Source: Thermodesulfovibrio yellowstonii
Lineage (GTDB): Bacteria; Nitrospirota; Thermodesulfovibrionia; Thermodesulfovibrionales; Dissulfurispiraceae
Length of the DNA stretch: 64,000 nt
Reading direction: 5' to 3'
Assembly: GCA_020724365.1 (NCBI GenBank)
Contig: DYHD01000002.1
Span: 393 to 64,392, forward strand
In this document: positions 15,887 to 26,434 of the stretch, piece after piece
How the letters are laid out: each line of letters starts with the position of its first letter
Numbering within the stretch: position 1 is the stretch's first letter
The notes under the pieces: generated by a model
Database searches by the model: none
What the model was told of the DNA's origin: nothing
What the model saw: only the letters and a program-made list of their open reading frames with translations
Made by a program: the position numbers and the translations under genes

Positions 15887-16021
15887 ATTATCTCATACTT
15901 ATCTGAGGGGGTGTCTATATAAAAAGAAAGGCTTACTTAAAACAAAAGCTTGCTAAGCTAATTTTAAAAGCGTTAAGATTATTAACTGTTGATAATATTA
16001 ATCACAAAAATGGAGGTTATC

Positions 16022-16327
16022 ATGCCTGATAGACCGAGCGAGAAAGAAGATGAATATTTTGCTAAGAAAGAATTTGAGAGACTAAGGAAGATTGAGCAGG
16101 AAAAACATGCAAAGTTAGCTCAAGATGAAAAGAAGAAATTGCAAGAAACTCATTACATGAAATGCCCGAAGTGTGGAATGGAATTGATCGAGATCGATTT
16201 TAAAGGGATTAAGGTTGACAAATGTTCAGAATGTGAAGGGTTGTGGTTCGATACAGGTGAATTTGAGGCCGCATCAAAGCTTGAAAAAGGTGGTCTGGAT
16301 AAATTATTCAGTGTGTTTAAGAAATAG
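16022..16327 (+). CDS. TFIIB-type zinc-ribbon protein (zf-TFIIB/PF13453-like), 101 aa
   Basis: 'CPKCGMELIEIDFKGIKVDKCSECEGLWFDTGEF'. Start placed at ATG 16022 after 'ggagg'. Confidence 0.65.
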   Translation: MPDRPSEKEDEYFAKKEFERLRKIEQEKHAKLAQDEKKKLQETHYMKCPKCGMELIEIDFKGIKVDKCSECEGLWFDTGEFEAASKLEKGGLDKLFSVFKK

Positions 16328-16403
16328 TTTATGAGGCAGCAAATATTAAGTAGCTTGGTAAAGCATTCCAGCTTATAATCATTTGCTGCCTCTTTTTTAA
16401 GTT

Positions 16404-17948
16404 TTAAGACGATATCCTTTTAAATGCATCGTTTAAATACTCAATAATATCAGATGCTATCATACTTTGCTGGGTTCTTTTAGCAGATGCGATATCGCCT
16501 GCCACTCCATGTAAATAAACACCTGCAATGGCTGAATTTAGTGGTGACATTTTTTGCCCTACAAAAGATACTATAATGCCAGTTAAGACATCTCCTGAGC
16601 CTGCGGTAGCCATTCCTGGATTGCCTGTAGGATTAATGAAAGCTTCTTCGGATGGTGCAGCAATTATCGTTGGTACACCTTTTAATACAACATAGATATT
16701 GAATTCACCAGCAAAATTTTTAGCTATGTCGAGCCTGTTTCTTTCTATATCGGCTATTTTAAATTCTTGTTTAAATGCAGCATTATATAATCTTGCCATT
16801 TCGCCAGGGTGTGGAGTGATTATAATCGGGGATTTAGCATCATTTAAAGATTTAGGATTAGCACAGAGCGAGTTGACCCCATCAGCATCTATAATTAATG
16901 GCACATTTGAATTTGCAACGAGCAAAGAGAGCATTATTTGAGTATCATAAGTAATGCCGATACCTGGTCCTATAGCTATAGCATCAATTTTGTCAGATGC
17001 AAAAGTAAGTATCTCATCGATTGCTTTTGACGATAATACCCCATCACCATTATCTGCTAGTGGGAATGTCATTTCTTCCGTAACCCTGCTTTGTATTATG
17101 TCAATCAATGATTCTGGAACAGCAAGAGTTACAAGCCCAGAACCGCTTCTCAAACATGCTCTCGCACTTAATAGTGCAGCCCCAGTCTTGCCTTTTGAAC
17201 CTGCTACTATTAAAACATGCCCATAATCCCCTTTATGAGAATAACTTTGCCTTGTAGAGAGAAAACCTGAGAACATAGCTTTTTCAATTAGATAGTTCTT
17301 TAGTTCTTCACCTCTGAGAAGCTTTGAGTCAAATCCAATATCATCGACGAAAAGTTTACCAGCGAAAAAAGCACCCGGATGGAGGAAATGTCCTATCTTA
17401 GGTAGTCCGAATGTGATTGTATAATTAGCCCTTATAGCACTTCCCATTATCTGTCCTGTATCTGAAGAAATACCCGATGGGATATCTACTGACACAACAG
17501 GAGCTTGAGAATTGTTAACTTGTGTAAAAATATTTATAAACTCATCATTGACAGCTTTATTAATACCCGTCCCGAAAATGGCGTCTATTATAATGGCTCC
17601 GTGAAATTCAGAACCGCTGATTGTTAATGTAAAGATTATATTTATGTTGAACTTTTTGGTAATTTCATATTGAATTGCACAGTCGTTGCTAAGTTCATCA
17701 ATATTTGCAAGAATAAGAACTTTGACCCTGTATCCCCAGTTGTGTAGAATCCTAGCTATAACCAAGCCGTCTCCACCATTGTTGCCCTTGCCTGCTAAAA
17801 CAATAACCTTTTGAGGTGGGAATAACTCCCTAACTTTTGATGCTACTGCAAAACCAGCTCTTTCCATAAGCACAAGAGATGGCACACCATAGTCATCAAT
17901 AGTGAGTCTATCAATTCTTCTCATCTCGTTAGAACTAACTATTTTCAC
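16404..17948 (-). CDS. nnr: Bifunctional NAD(P)H-hydrate repair enzyme (epimerase + ADP-dependent dehydratase)
   Basis: N-terminal YjeF_N 'LMERAG.AVA......VLAGKGNNGGDG' and C-terminal carbohydrate-kinase domain 'GHVLIVAGS.GKTGAA.L.A.A..RSG.GLV' ... 'GNPGMATAGSGDVLTG'. Confidence 0.9.
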   Translation of the reverse strand: MKIVSSNEMRRIDRLTIDDYGVPSLVLMERAGFAVASKVRELFPPQKVIVLAGKGNNGGDGLVIARILHNWGYRVKVLILANIDELSNDCAIQYEITKKFNINIIFTLTISGSEFHGAIIIDAIFGTGINKAVNDEFINIFTQVNNSQAPVVSVDIPSGISSDTGQIMGSAIRANYTITFGLPKIGHFLHPGAFFAGKLFVDDIGFDSKLLRGEELKNYLIEKAMFSGFLSTRQSYSHKGDYGHVLIVAGSKGKTGAALLSARACLRSGSGLVTLAVPESLIDIIQSRVTEEMTFPLADNGDGVLSSKAIDEILTFASDKIDAIAIGPGIGITYDTQIMLSLLVANSNVPLIIDADGVNSLCANPKSLNDAKSPIIITPHPGEMARLYNAAFKQEFKIADIERNRLDIAKNFAGEFNIYVVLKGVPTIIAAPSEEAFINPTGNPGMATAGSGDVLTGIIVSFVGQKMSPLNSAIAGVYLHGVAGDIASAKRTQQSMIASDIIEYLNDAFKRISS

Positions 17949-18099
17949 CTTAAAATACCTCTAACTATTTGATTAATAATGAGTTTGTCATTCCGAGACC
18001 TTTGCTCTATCATTCCGAACAATAGTTATATCTTCTGACTTGATAAAGAGGTTGAGGAATAACGGAGATAAACATGAACATTTTTTAAACAGCCATTGA

Positions 18100-18441
18100 T
18101 TAGAAAGCCTCTTTTATATGTTCTATCTTACTTAACCCATTTTCTGAGCTAATACTTATAACATCAAATCTTATTTTAGTTGGATAGTTTGCGACCTTCA
18201 AATAATTAAGGGCTATTCTTTTAAGTCTTTCCTGTTTCTTTAAGTTGACAGATTCAAATGGATAGCCGAATGATAAATTAGACCGTGTTTTTACCTCAAC
18301 AAAGACTACTGTATCATTATCTTTAGCTATAATATCAGCTTCGCCATATGGTGTCTTGTAGTTGCGGTATAAAATATAATAACCTTTTTCTTTAAGGAAT
18401 TTTGCAGCGATATCTTCGCCTCTTAAGCCAATCTTTGTCAT
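18100..18441 (-). CDS. yraN: YraN-family (UPF0102) endonuclease-like protein, 113 aa
   Basis: 'GEDIAAKFLKEKGY.IL.RNY....GEADIIA.D.DT.VFVEVK.R' PD-(D/E)xK-type core. Confidence 0.8.
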   Translation of the reverse strand: MTKIGLRGEDIAAKFLKEKGYYILYRNYKTPYGEADIIAKDNDTVVFVEVKTRSNLSFGYPFESVNLKKQERLKRIALNYLKVANYPTKIRFDVISISSENGLSKIEHIKEAF

Positions 18442-19022
18442 AATTCAATATTGTCCGGGTCTTCAATTTTCACTTCGATTCCACTAAGTCGTTTAAGAAG
18501 AATTGGTATATCTTCAATGCCCCTGATATCTTTTTGGCACAGCATCTTAATAATCTCTCTTAAAGAGGAAAATTCCTCCCATAAGCCCTTCAAATGGGAT
18601 GCGAGTTTCTTAAAAAGGATATCGCCCTTTTCATCCCAGTCCATTAATAATATTATCCTATTAAATCTCTCTGATATATTATGAGAGAACTCATATAATC
18701 CCTCTCCTGCATGAACTATTATAATCTCACCAATAAACCCAAGCTTTCTTAAGGCTACTACATCTCTTTTGCCCTCAACTATTATTGGAACCATCTTATT
18801 TATCTCATATAATGATACTAAAAATTCTTTCAGTCTCTCAGCCCTCTCGATATCAGGTATATAGTAATCTTTTGAATTATTTTCTCTATCAAAAGCTGAA
18901 ATAAACTTTTCCTTTCTTCTCAGTTTTATGTTATTTGTTTTTCGATATTTTTTTGTGTAATCTCTTGACATACGCAAAATAATGCCTAATCTCGTGATTA
19001 AAAATATGGATAAGATTTGCAT
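18438..19022 (-). CDS. Toprim-domain protein (small primase-like / RNase M5-like), up to 194 aa
   Basis: 'PIIVEGKRDVVALRKLGF' and 'ILLMDWDEKGD' Toprim acidic motifs. Overlaps yraN by 4 nt (ATGA). The start is uncertain (alternative ATG at 18971). Confidence 0.6.
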   Translation of the reverse strand: MQILSIFLITRLGIILRMSRDYTKKYRKTNNIKLRRKEKFISAFDRENNSKDYYIPDIERAERLKEFLVSLYEINKMVPIIVEGKRDVVALRKLGFIGEIIIVHAGEGLYEFSHNISERFNRIILLMDWDEKGDILFKKLASHLKGLWEEFSSLREIIKMLCQKDIRGIEDIPILLKRLSGIEVKIEDPDNIEL

Positions 19023-19364
19023 ATCAAGATTGAACAGCCGTATCGTCTGTCCAAAATGATAAAATCTTTGGACAGACGAGTGGTCTCTCGTACTTGATAT
19101 TTTTCATTTTTGATACTTTCTATCTTTAATTTTTATACCTTATAAAATAATTATGTTAATGAATAATTTTTTTTATGGGTTGTATAATATACTTCTGAAA
19201 TTATAATGAAAAAAAATATTCTGAGCAATAATTATTATTTACCGAAATCATAATTGAACCAATTCAATTAATGTATTAATTACTGCGGAGATAAATATGA
19301 AACATTCATGCCGACTTATCAGCACAAAAAGGGATGATATTGTTATAAATTTGATTATATTAAG

Positions 19365-20258
19365 GTGAGAGATATGTATTTATATTTAAATAATGAAATT
19401 GTAAAGGCATCTGATGCTAAGATATCAGTCTTTGATCATGGTTTTTTGTATGGTGACGGGATATTTGAGACTATGAGGGCTTATGATGGAGTCATCTTTA
19501 TGTTTGATGAACATTTAATTCGTCTATACAGATCGGCATCATTAATAGGGCTTGATATCAACAGGAATTTTGCGGATATAAAAATAGCTGTTTATGAAAC
19601 TCTTAAGGCAAACTCGCTTTCTAATGCATATGTTAGACTAAGCATTTCAAGAGGATTCGGGCCAATTGGCATCGATCCAGATCTGTGTAAAGAAAACACA
19701 TTTGTTATTATAGCGAATGAATTCAAGAATTATCCCAATTCATATTATCTCGAAGGCATTGAAACCATAGTTTCATCTATAAAAAGAAATCCTATTGAAG
19801 CTTTGAATCCACTGATAAAATCCTTCAATTTTCTCAATAACATTCTCGCCAAAATAGAGGCAAAGAAAATGCAAGCTGTGGAAGCTATAATGCTTAATAT
19901 GGAGGGTTTTATTGCCGAAGGCACTATCAGTAATGTTTTTTTTGTGAAGGATGAAATCCTTTGCACCCCTTCTATAAGTTGCGGGATACTTGATGGAATA
20001 ACAAGGGGGGTTGTGATAGAGCTTGCCAGAAGGAATGGTATCGAGGTTATAGAAGGACGATTCAGCGTGGAAGAATTATATACTGCCTCAGAGGTTTTTT
20101 TAACAAACTCTTCGATGGAACTTATGCCTATAAAGCGAATTAATGATAAGAGATTTTCTACGGGCAAGATTTATACATTATTGCGTAAACAATATAAAAA
20201 AGAAGTGGAAGCCTATGTTTTAGAGAAGAAAGAAGAAGGCTCATCTCTATGGAAATAA
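19365..20258 (+). CDS. Class IV aminotransferase (branched-chain amino-acid aminotransferase / ADC lyase family)
   Basis: 'VFDHGFLYGDGIFETMRAY.G' and 'NFLNNILAKIEAKK.....AIMLN..G.IAEGT.SN.F' fold-type IV signatures. Confidence 0.8.
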   Translation: MRDMYLYLNNEIVKASDAKISVFDHGFLYGDGIFETMRAYDGVIFMFDEHLIRLYRSASLIGLDINRNFADIKIAVYETLKANSLSNAYVRLSISRGFGPIGIDPDLCKENTFVIIANEFKNYPNSYYLEGIETIVSSIKRNPIEALNPLIKSFNFLNNILAKIEAKKMQAVEAIMLNMEGFIAEGTISNVFFVKDEILCTPSISCGILDGITRGVVIELARRNGIEVIEGRFSVEELYTASEVFLTNSSMELMPIKRINDKRFSTGKIYTLLRKQYKKEVEAYVLEKKEEGSSLWK

Positions 20259-20305
20259 GATTATTATCAATCTGGTAACCCAAAAATGCAATTGAAAAAT
20301 ATGTT

Positions 20306-20327
20306 TAGTAGGCACTCATGCCTACTA
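20306..20327. terminator. Hairpin between the convergent aminotransferase and LysR genes
   Basis: 'tagtaggca-ctca-tgcctacta' is a 9-bp perfect stem. A T-rich run follows on the minus strand only. Confidence 0.4.
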
Positions 20328-20368
20328 TCTTGAAGTCAACTCATTTTTCGGATAAAAGGTTTAAAGAT

Positions 20369-21304
20369 TTAGGAGTTTAGAAGGTCATCATAAGGATATT
20401 CCCTTAAAAATGTGAGGAATTCAGTAACTGCATGTGATATGATTGCATTTTTATTCATGACAAGATAAAAGTTTCTATTAAGTCTGCCTTCTTTGATGCT
20501 CAATGCCACCAGACTACCATATTTAATCTCTTTTCTTATAACCCATTTCGATACAATAGAGATGCCCATACCACTTTCTACAGCTTCCTTAATAGATTCT
20601 GTGCTGCCAATAGTTATTGCAAGGTTTATATCTTTAAATTTAAGACCTTTTGATGAGAAATATTTTTCAGTTACTTGTCTCGTTCCAGATCCATCTTCTC
20701 TTGTTATAAAAGGTTCCTTTGTAATCTCTGCAAGCGAAACCACCTTTCTTTTTACCCATGGATGATTTTGGGGGATAATAAGAAAAAGCTCATCCTGTAT
20801 TATAGGTTCAAGCGTCACCTTATATTTTGACATTTCTCCTTCAACAAGCCCAAATTCAATTGCACCTGTATTAAGAAGTTCCATAATTTTTCTGGTGTTT
20901 TCTATGTATATATTCATCTTAACTTTGGGATGCATTTTCTTGAAATCGAAGATAACGGTTGGAAGGATATGATTACCAATGGTTGTGCTAGCTCCAATAG
21001 TTACATTACCTTTGGTATGTCCTGTTATTTTAGCAATCTCTTTTTCAGCAGCCGAGTAAAGCGCAAGGATATATTTTGCATATTTATAAAGAACCTCGCC
21101 TGAAGGAGAAAGACTAATAGTGTTGCTTGTTCTATCGAAAAGTTTAGTCTCATAATATTCTTCCAGAGCTTGAATCTGCAGACTTACGGCAGGTTGTGTG
21201 AGATGGACAATCTCTGATGTCTTTGAGAAACTTTTGGTTTCAGCAACGGTGCAGAAAACTTTTAATTTATGATCTTCTAAGCTCATAATGAGTAATAATA
21301 ACAT
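20369..21304 (-). CDS. LysR-family transcriptional regulator
   Basis: N-terminal HTH 'LKVFCTVAETKSFSKTSEIVHLTQPAVSLQIQALE' plus a substrate-binding domain. The true start is possibly ATG 21286. Confidence 0.85.
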   Translation of the reverse strand: MLLLLIMSLEDHKLKVFCTVAETKSFSKTSEIVHLTQPAVSLQIQALEEYYETKLFDRTSNTISLSPSGEVLYKYAKYILALYSAAEKEIAKITGHTKGNVTIGASTTIGNHILPTVIFDFKKMHPKVKMNIYIENTRKIMELLNTGAIEFGLVEGEMSKYKVTLEPIIQDELFLIIPQNHPWVKRKVVSLAEITKEPFITREDGSGTRQVTEKYFSSKGLKFKDINLAITIGSTESIKEAVESGMGISIVSKWVIRKEIKYGSLVALSIKEGRLNRNFYLVMNKNAIISHAVTEFLTFLREYPYDDLLNS

Positions 21305-21439
21305 AAAAATTATTTATAAATCATCAATTATTTTAATCCAAAAAAGCGATAGAAATTTTTTAAAAAGTCCTACCAGTGTTTGATATATCTAAATCGGGAT
21401 TTAGGTGTGAAAAAAGACTTGATGACTGTACTTATAAAA

Positions 21440-22294
21440 CTATTTTAGAAAATGGTTCATTAATGTTCGCCTCATAATCTCAACAGGAGGCTGAATACCA
21501 GTCCATTTTTCAAAAGCCAAAACCCCCTGCCATAAAAGCATTCCCATCCCATTTATTGTTTTACAACCAATAGTTGAAGCTATATGTAAGAGATTTGTTT
21601 GTTTATAAATAAGGTCGCATACAACTTGATGCTTTTTAAGCATATCGGCGTTTAAAGGGAGTGGGTCATCTGATTTTAAGCCAAGAGGTGTTGTATTAAT
21701 GATAATGTCTAAATCAGAGAAAAATTCTTTGCTGCAAATTAAACTTTCTTTTGCTACTAAAACATTATTTTTGAAATGGGCTAAGTGATTCTGGAGCATT
21801 TCAGCTCTTTTAATACTTCTATTATAAATGTATAGTTTATCAGCTTCTTGGCAAAGGTAAAATCCTATAGCCCTTGCAGCCCCGCCAGCTCCAATCATGA
21901 GAATTTTTTTATTATCAATCTTGATATTTGCTTCTTCAAGCGATTTTATAAAACCTTTACCATCGGTATTGAAACCAATAAGCTTACCATCAAAATTCTT
22001 GATTGTATTGACAGAGCCAATAAACCTTGCCTCATCGCTGATATCATCTAAAAATGCAATGACAGCTTCTTTGTGGGGAATGGTTATATTTACCCCAACA
22101 ATGTTAAGGGCTCTGATGCCCTTTATGGCATTTTCGAGCATCTCAGGGCGGACAGAAAAGGGGACATAGCAAAAATCGAGATTAAGATGTTTAAATGCAG
22201 AATTGTGCATTACTGGGGAAAGTGTATGTTCTACAGGATAGCCAAAAATGCCGACAATTTTTGTTTTTCCGCTTATGTTCATAGATGTGCTCAC
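21440..22294 (-). CDS. aroE: Shikimate dehydrogenase
   Basis: 'GYPVEHTLSPVMHN.AF', 'NITIPHKE', 'NTDG.GF', 'MIGAGGAARA'. Confidence 0.9.
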   Translation of the reverse strand: MSTSMNISGKTKIVGIFGYPVEHTLSPVMHNSAFKHLNLDFCYVPFSVRPEMLENAIKGIRALNIVGVNITIPHKEAVIAFLDDISDEARFIGSVNTIKNFDGKLIGFNTDGKGFIKSLEEANIKIDNKKILMIGAGGAARAIGFYLCQEADKLYIYNRSIKRAEMLQNHLAHFKNNVLVAKESLICSKEFFSDLDIIINTTPLGLKSDDPLPLNADMLKKHQVVCDLIYKQTNLLHIASTIGCKTINGMGMLLWQGVLAFEKWTGIQPPVEIMRRTLMNHFLK

Positions 22295-22543
22295 CTAATG
22301 AAAACTTTTTTAGTTAGTACTTGTTTATAAACTGATTATTTGTCACACTGAGCCTGCTGAAGTGGACATATCTAATTGTCTTTGTGTCATAGTTTAGCAA
22401 GCTCACCATAGACATAAGTTAACCAGAAAAAATGTATTTAATTTATTTGATTCTTTATATTTTACATAATTATAACATTTGATAGATAAATCAGGCATGT
22501 ATTTTGCCTTTACAAGACCTGCAAAGTATGTTAAAATTGCATT

Positions 22544-23047
22544 ATGAATAGGATGATCCTAATTGTTATTTCTTTCCTTCTTTTTATTATAATCTTAGCA
22601 GTCTATTCTCTCCAATATAAAGATATAAATATAAACCTTGTTTATAGCGAGTCGCCCTACATGGATGAGATAAGAATCAAGCACAGAAAAGATGGCTCAG
22701 TTAAGTGGAGCGTTGATGCAAAAAAGGCGGTTTTTACAAATTCAAATGAGATAACCCTAAAAGATTTAAAAATCTCCTTTCCTGAAAAAGAGCTTATTTT
22801 AACCTCTGATTCGGGTATGTATATTCCTACAAATCAAAGTATAAAAATAGAAGGAAACATAAAGGCTCTTACAAAGAATTTTTTTATTAATGCATCAACT
22901 TTATCATGGGACCCTCAGAAAAGCGAACTTTCGTCAGACAAAAAGATACAGATTGTGGGCAATGAGTTCTATATCGAAGGAGATGAGCTTACAGCGTCTG
23001 CTGATAAGGCAAGGCTTAATAGCAATGTGAGGGCAATTTTTAAGTAA
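22544..23047 (+). CDS. lptC: LPS export protein LptC-like (N-terminal anchor), 167 aa
   Basis: A single N-terminal TM helix followed by a beta-rich domain. Located immediately upstream of lptA-lptB-rpoN. Confidence 0.55.
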   Translation: MNRMILIVISFLLFIIILAVYSLQYKDININLVYSESPYMDEIRIKHRKDGSVKWSVDAKKAVFTNSNEITLKDLKISFPEKELILTSDSGMYIPTNQSIKIEGNIKALTKNFFINASTLSWDPQKSELSSDKKIQIVGNEFYIEGDELTASADKARLNSNVRAIFK

Positions 23048-23163
23048 TATTTGTTATGGTAAAGTCATATCTATCAGGGATTATACCAAAAAATATACAT
23101 AGAATTTATAAAACTTGGCAGGACAGCCATCTCGGCTGCCCAAATTAGAGGAGCATTAATTTT

Positions 23164-23673
23164 ATGATTAATAATAATTTAAGTTTATTATTTTATATTT
23201 GCATTATATTTTTTCTGCTTTCTATTAGCAATGATTCTTTTGCAGAACAGAAAAAGAATTTGAAAGATCCTGTTACTATTACATCTCATATGCTCACAGC
23301 CGATAATAAAGCTAAGACAGCAGTTTTTGAGGGTTCGGTAAAGGCTGTAAAGGGTGATATAATCTTATATGCTGATAAGATGACCGTATATTATCAAGAC
23401 GAAAAGTCAGTCGGCAGCATAAAAAGGATTGATGCTGAAGGGAATATAAAGCTAATTAGGGGTGAGAGAGTGGTTATATCAAACTTTGCACAATACTTTC
23501 CAGAAAACGAAGAAAGGGTTATATTCGCTGGAGAACCAAAAGCAACAGATGGAGAGAATATGATAACAGGCTCCAAGATGACATATTATTTTAAAAATGA
23601 CCGTTATGTTGTTGAAAATAGCAAGGTTTTCATGCAAGATAGTTCTACTAAAGTTCAGAAGAAAAAGGATTAA
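23164..23673 (+). CDS. lptA: LPS transport periplasmic protein LptA (OstA-like)
   Basis: Signal peptide, then 'ITSHMLTADNKAKTAVFEGSVKAVKGDIILYADKMTVYY' OstA-N repeats; conserved locus context. Confidence 0.7.
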   Translation: MINNNLSLLFYICIIFFLLSISNDSFAEQKKNLKDPVTITSHMLTADNKAKTAVFEGSVKAVKGDIILYADKMTVYYQDEKSVGSIKRIDAEGNIKLIRGERVVISNFAQYFPENEERVIFAGEPKATDGENMITGSKMTYYFKNDRYVVENSKVFMQDSSTKVQKKKD

Positions 23674-23678
23674 AGAGC

Positions 23679-24434
23679 TTGTTGAAACAAAAAATCCTTC
23701 TGACAAAAGACCTTTCTAAGTCATACAGTAAGAGATTTGTTGTAAAAGATGTGAATATAATGGTTAGGTCAGGAGAAATAGTTGGATTGCTTGGTCCAAA
23801 TGGGGCTGGCAAGACCACTACTTTTTACATGATAGTGGGCATGATATCACCTGACCAAGGGAGTATATTATTTGACGGTGAAGATATTGTAAAGCTTCCA
23901 ATGTATGAAAGAGCGAATAGAGGAATCGGTTACCTTCCACAAGAGCCTTCCCTTTTCAGAAGATTAACTGTGAGAGATAATCTGAGAGCGGTCTTAGAGA
24001 TTCGTCAAATGGTTAAGAATAACGATAAGAAAGGCAAACTTGAAGATTTAGAATTAGAAGTCAATAGCTTGATTGATGAGTTTAGTTTGAAGGAATTTTC
24101 TGAAAGGAATAGTTATATGCTATCAGGCGGAGAAAGAAGGAGGGCAGAGATTGCAAGAGCTATAGCTATGAAGCCCTCCATTATCCTTTTTGATGAACCT
24201 TTTGCAGGGATTGACCCCATAGCTGTTAATGATTTAAAAAAGATGTTGATTTATCTCAAAACTAAGGGTATAGGGATATTGATTACTGATCATAATGTTA
24301 GAGAGACCCTTTCTATTACTGATAATGCTTACATAATTAACAAAGGGTCTGTTTTGGCTCAGGGCAAACCCGAAGAAATTGTCGCAAATATATCTGTAAA
24401 AGAAGCCTATCTCGGAGAGGAGTTTAGATTATAA
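23679..24434 (+). CDS. lptB: LPS export ABC transporter ATP-binding protein LptB
   Basis: Walker A 'GPNGAGKTT', signature 'LSGGERRR', Walker B 'ILFDEP'. Its stop overlaps the rpoN start (TAATG). Confidence 0.9.
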   Translation: MLKQKILLTKDLSKSYSKRFVVKDVNIMVRSGEIVGLLGPNGAGKTTTFYMIVGMISPDQGSILFDGEDIVKLPMYERANRGIGYLPQEPSLFRRLTVRDNLRAVLEIRQMVKNNDKKGKLEDLELEVNSLIDEFSLKEFSERNSYMLSGGERRRAEIARAIAMKPSIILFDEPFAGIDPIAVNDLKKMLIYLKTKGIGILITDHNVRETLSITDNAYIINKGSVLAQGKPEEIVANISVKEAYLGEEFRL

Positions 24435-25876
24435 TGCCATTAGAACATAGATTAGATCTCAGATTAACACAGAAACTGATTCTTACGCCGCAATTGCAGC
24501 TCGCAATCAAGCTGTTACAATTAACCCAGTTAGAATTGTCACAACTTCTAACGCAAGAACTTGCTGAAAATCCATTACTCGAAGAAATGGAAGAAGAACA
24601 AGAAATCCTTGATATCAATGATAGAGAGTCAGAAGATGTAATTGAAGAAGATGAAAATATTGAGCCTCCATTTGAGAGCCTTTATAAATTTTCTATTGAT
24701 GATTATTTTGAAGAGAGAAGCAGTGATGGCAGAGATCTCGGCTATTTCTCTCATGGTTTGGAAGATCAACCTTCCTTTGAACTTTTTCAAGCAAAAAAGC
24801 TGAGCCTTCATGATCACCTGTTATGGCAGTTAATGCTTACTGAAGCAAGTGATGCAGTCAAAAATGTAGCCGAAATGTTGATAGGCAATATAGATGATGA
24901 CGGCTATCTCAAGTTATCAGAAGAAGAGATGATTACATTATCAGGGGGGGATAAGCATACTTTAAACAGAGCTTTAGCAATGATTCATGAATTTGATCCC
25001 TCAGGTGTAGGAGCAAGGGATTTAAAGGAATGTTTGCTGCTGCAGATAAAGGCTTTGCAGTTATGTGGTTCTGTAGTTGAAAAAATTGTAGTTAATAATC
25101 TTGATGACCTCTGCAAAAAGAAATACACTCAAATAGCCAAACAATATGAGTTGACTACTGATGATTTGTCTGCAGCCATTAAAATTATCAAGGGTCTTAA
25201 TCCTCATCCTGGAAGGACATTTTCGAGGGATGAAATTGTTTATATTACCCCTGATGTCTCTATATTTAAGGTTGAGGGCGAATATCATATAATATTAAAT
25301 GATGAGGGGCTGCCCAAGATAAGGCTCAATAATAAATATCGCAGATTATTGACGCAGAAAGAATTGCTCTCAAAAGATGACAAGATTTTTTTTAAGGAAA
25401 AAATGAAATCTGCTATAGAACTTATGAAAAGTTTAGAACAAAGAAACAGGACTGTTTATAAGGTTTCAGAGAGCATTCTTAAATTTCAGAGAGAGTTTTT
25501 TGATAAAGGAGTGCAATATATTAAGCCTCTCACTCTCAAAGACATTGCTGCTGATATTAATATGCATGAAAGCACAATAAGCAGGGTAACTTCAAGTAAA
25601 TTTCTTGCCTGTAGCCAGGGTATTTTCAGCTTCAAGTATTTTTTCAGCAGCTCTATTCAATCCCTTACAGGAGAGGTCTCATCTACATCAGTGAAGGACA
25701 TGATTAAAAAAATAATTACCGAGGAGGATGCTAACAAACCTTTAAGTGATAAAGCTATTGTAGATAAATTAAGAGGATTTGACATCAAGATAGCAAGAAG
25801 AACTGTTGCAAAGTATAGAGAAGATTTAAAGATCCAACAGCAAAGCCTTAGAAAGAGAGGGATACTTTCAGTATAG
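24434..25876 (+). CDS. rpoN: RNA polymerase sigma-54 factor
   Basis: N-terminal Gln/Leu-rich region I 'LTQKLILTPQLQLAIKLLQL', C-terminal HTH and RpoN box 'ARRTVAKYRE'. Confidence 0.95.
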   Translation: MPLEHRLDLRLTQKLILTPQLQLAIKLLQLTQLELSQLLTQELAENPLLEEMEEEQEILDINDRESEDVIEEDENIEPPFESLYKFSIDDYFEERSSDGRDLGYFSHGLEDQPSFELFQAKKLSLHDHLLWQLMLTEASDAVKNVAEMLIGNIDDDGYLKLSEEEMITLSGGDKHTLNRALAMIHEFDPSGVGARDLKECLLLQIKALQLCGSVVEKIVVNNLDDLCKKKYTQIAKQYELTTDDLSAAIKIIKGLNPHPGRTFSRDEIVYITPDVSIFKVEGEYHIILNDEGLPKIRLNNKYRRLLTQKELLSKDDKIFFKEKMKSAIELMKSLEQRNRTVYKVSESILKFQREFFDKGVQYIKPLTLKDIAADINMHESTISRVTSSKFLACSQGIFSFKYFFSSSIQSLTGEVSSTSVKDMIKKIITEEDANKPLSDKAIVDKLRGFDIKIARRTVAKYREDLKIQQQSLRKRGILSV

Positions 25877-25915
25877 ATTGTTGTATAACAACTAAATGGT
25901 AATTGGAGGATAGAG

Positions 25916-26434
25916 ATGAATATTATAGTAAATGGTCGTCATCTTGAGATTACACCCGCATTAAAAAATTATGCTGAGGAGAAAATAAGCAAATTTGAAA
26001 AGTATATAACAAATATTACTGAGGCTGTTATAACTTTAAGTGTGGAGAAATATAGACATAAAGCAGAGGTGCTTCTTAAGGTCAACGGTTATCTAATACA
26101 GGCTGAAGGAGTTACGGGAGAGATATATTCTTCTGTAGATGAGGTTGTAGAAAAACTCGAAAAACAGGTAAAAAAATATAAGGAAAAACTCCATACATAT
26201 AGAAAACCAGATAAACGTTTAATGGAAACAATTGCTTCAAGAATCCCTGAAAAGGGCAGGATAATCAAATATAAAAGATTCGATATGAAACCCATGAATC
26301 CAGAAGAAGCAGTGGATCAAATGGAGCTTCTTGATAAGGACTTTTATGTCTTTATAAATGAAAAGACGAGTTCAATAAATCTGGTTTACCGCAGGAAAGA
26401 TGGTAATTACGGTTTGATTGAACCCATAACTTAG
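25916..26434 (+). CDS. hpf: Ribosome hibernation promoting factor (long HPF)
   Basis: 'GRHLEITPALKNYAEEKISK' S30AE N-domain plus C-terminal dimerisation domain 'FYVF.N......N..YRRKDGNYGLIEP'. Confidence 0.9.
   Translation: MNIIVNGRHLEITPALKNYAEEKISKFEKYITNITEAVITLSVEKYRHKAEVLLKVNGYLIQAEGVTGEIYSSVDEVVEKLEKQVKKYKEKLHTYRKPDKRLMETIASRIPEKGRIIKYKRFDMKPMNPEEAVDQMELLDKDFYVFINEKTSSINLVYRRKDGNYGLIEPIT

Noticed and set aside
23116-23141. 'TGGCAGgacagccatctcggctgcc' upstream of lptA as a sigma-54 promoter.
   Set aside because: The -12 region lacks TTGC at the required spacing. The sequence is better explained as a small CAGCC/GGCTG hairpin.
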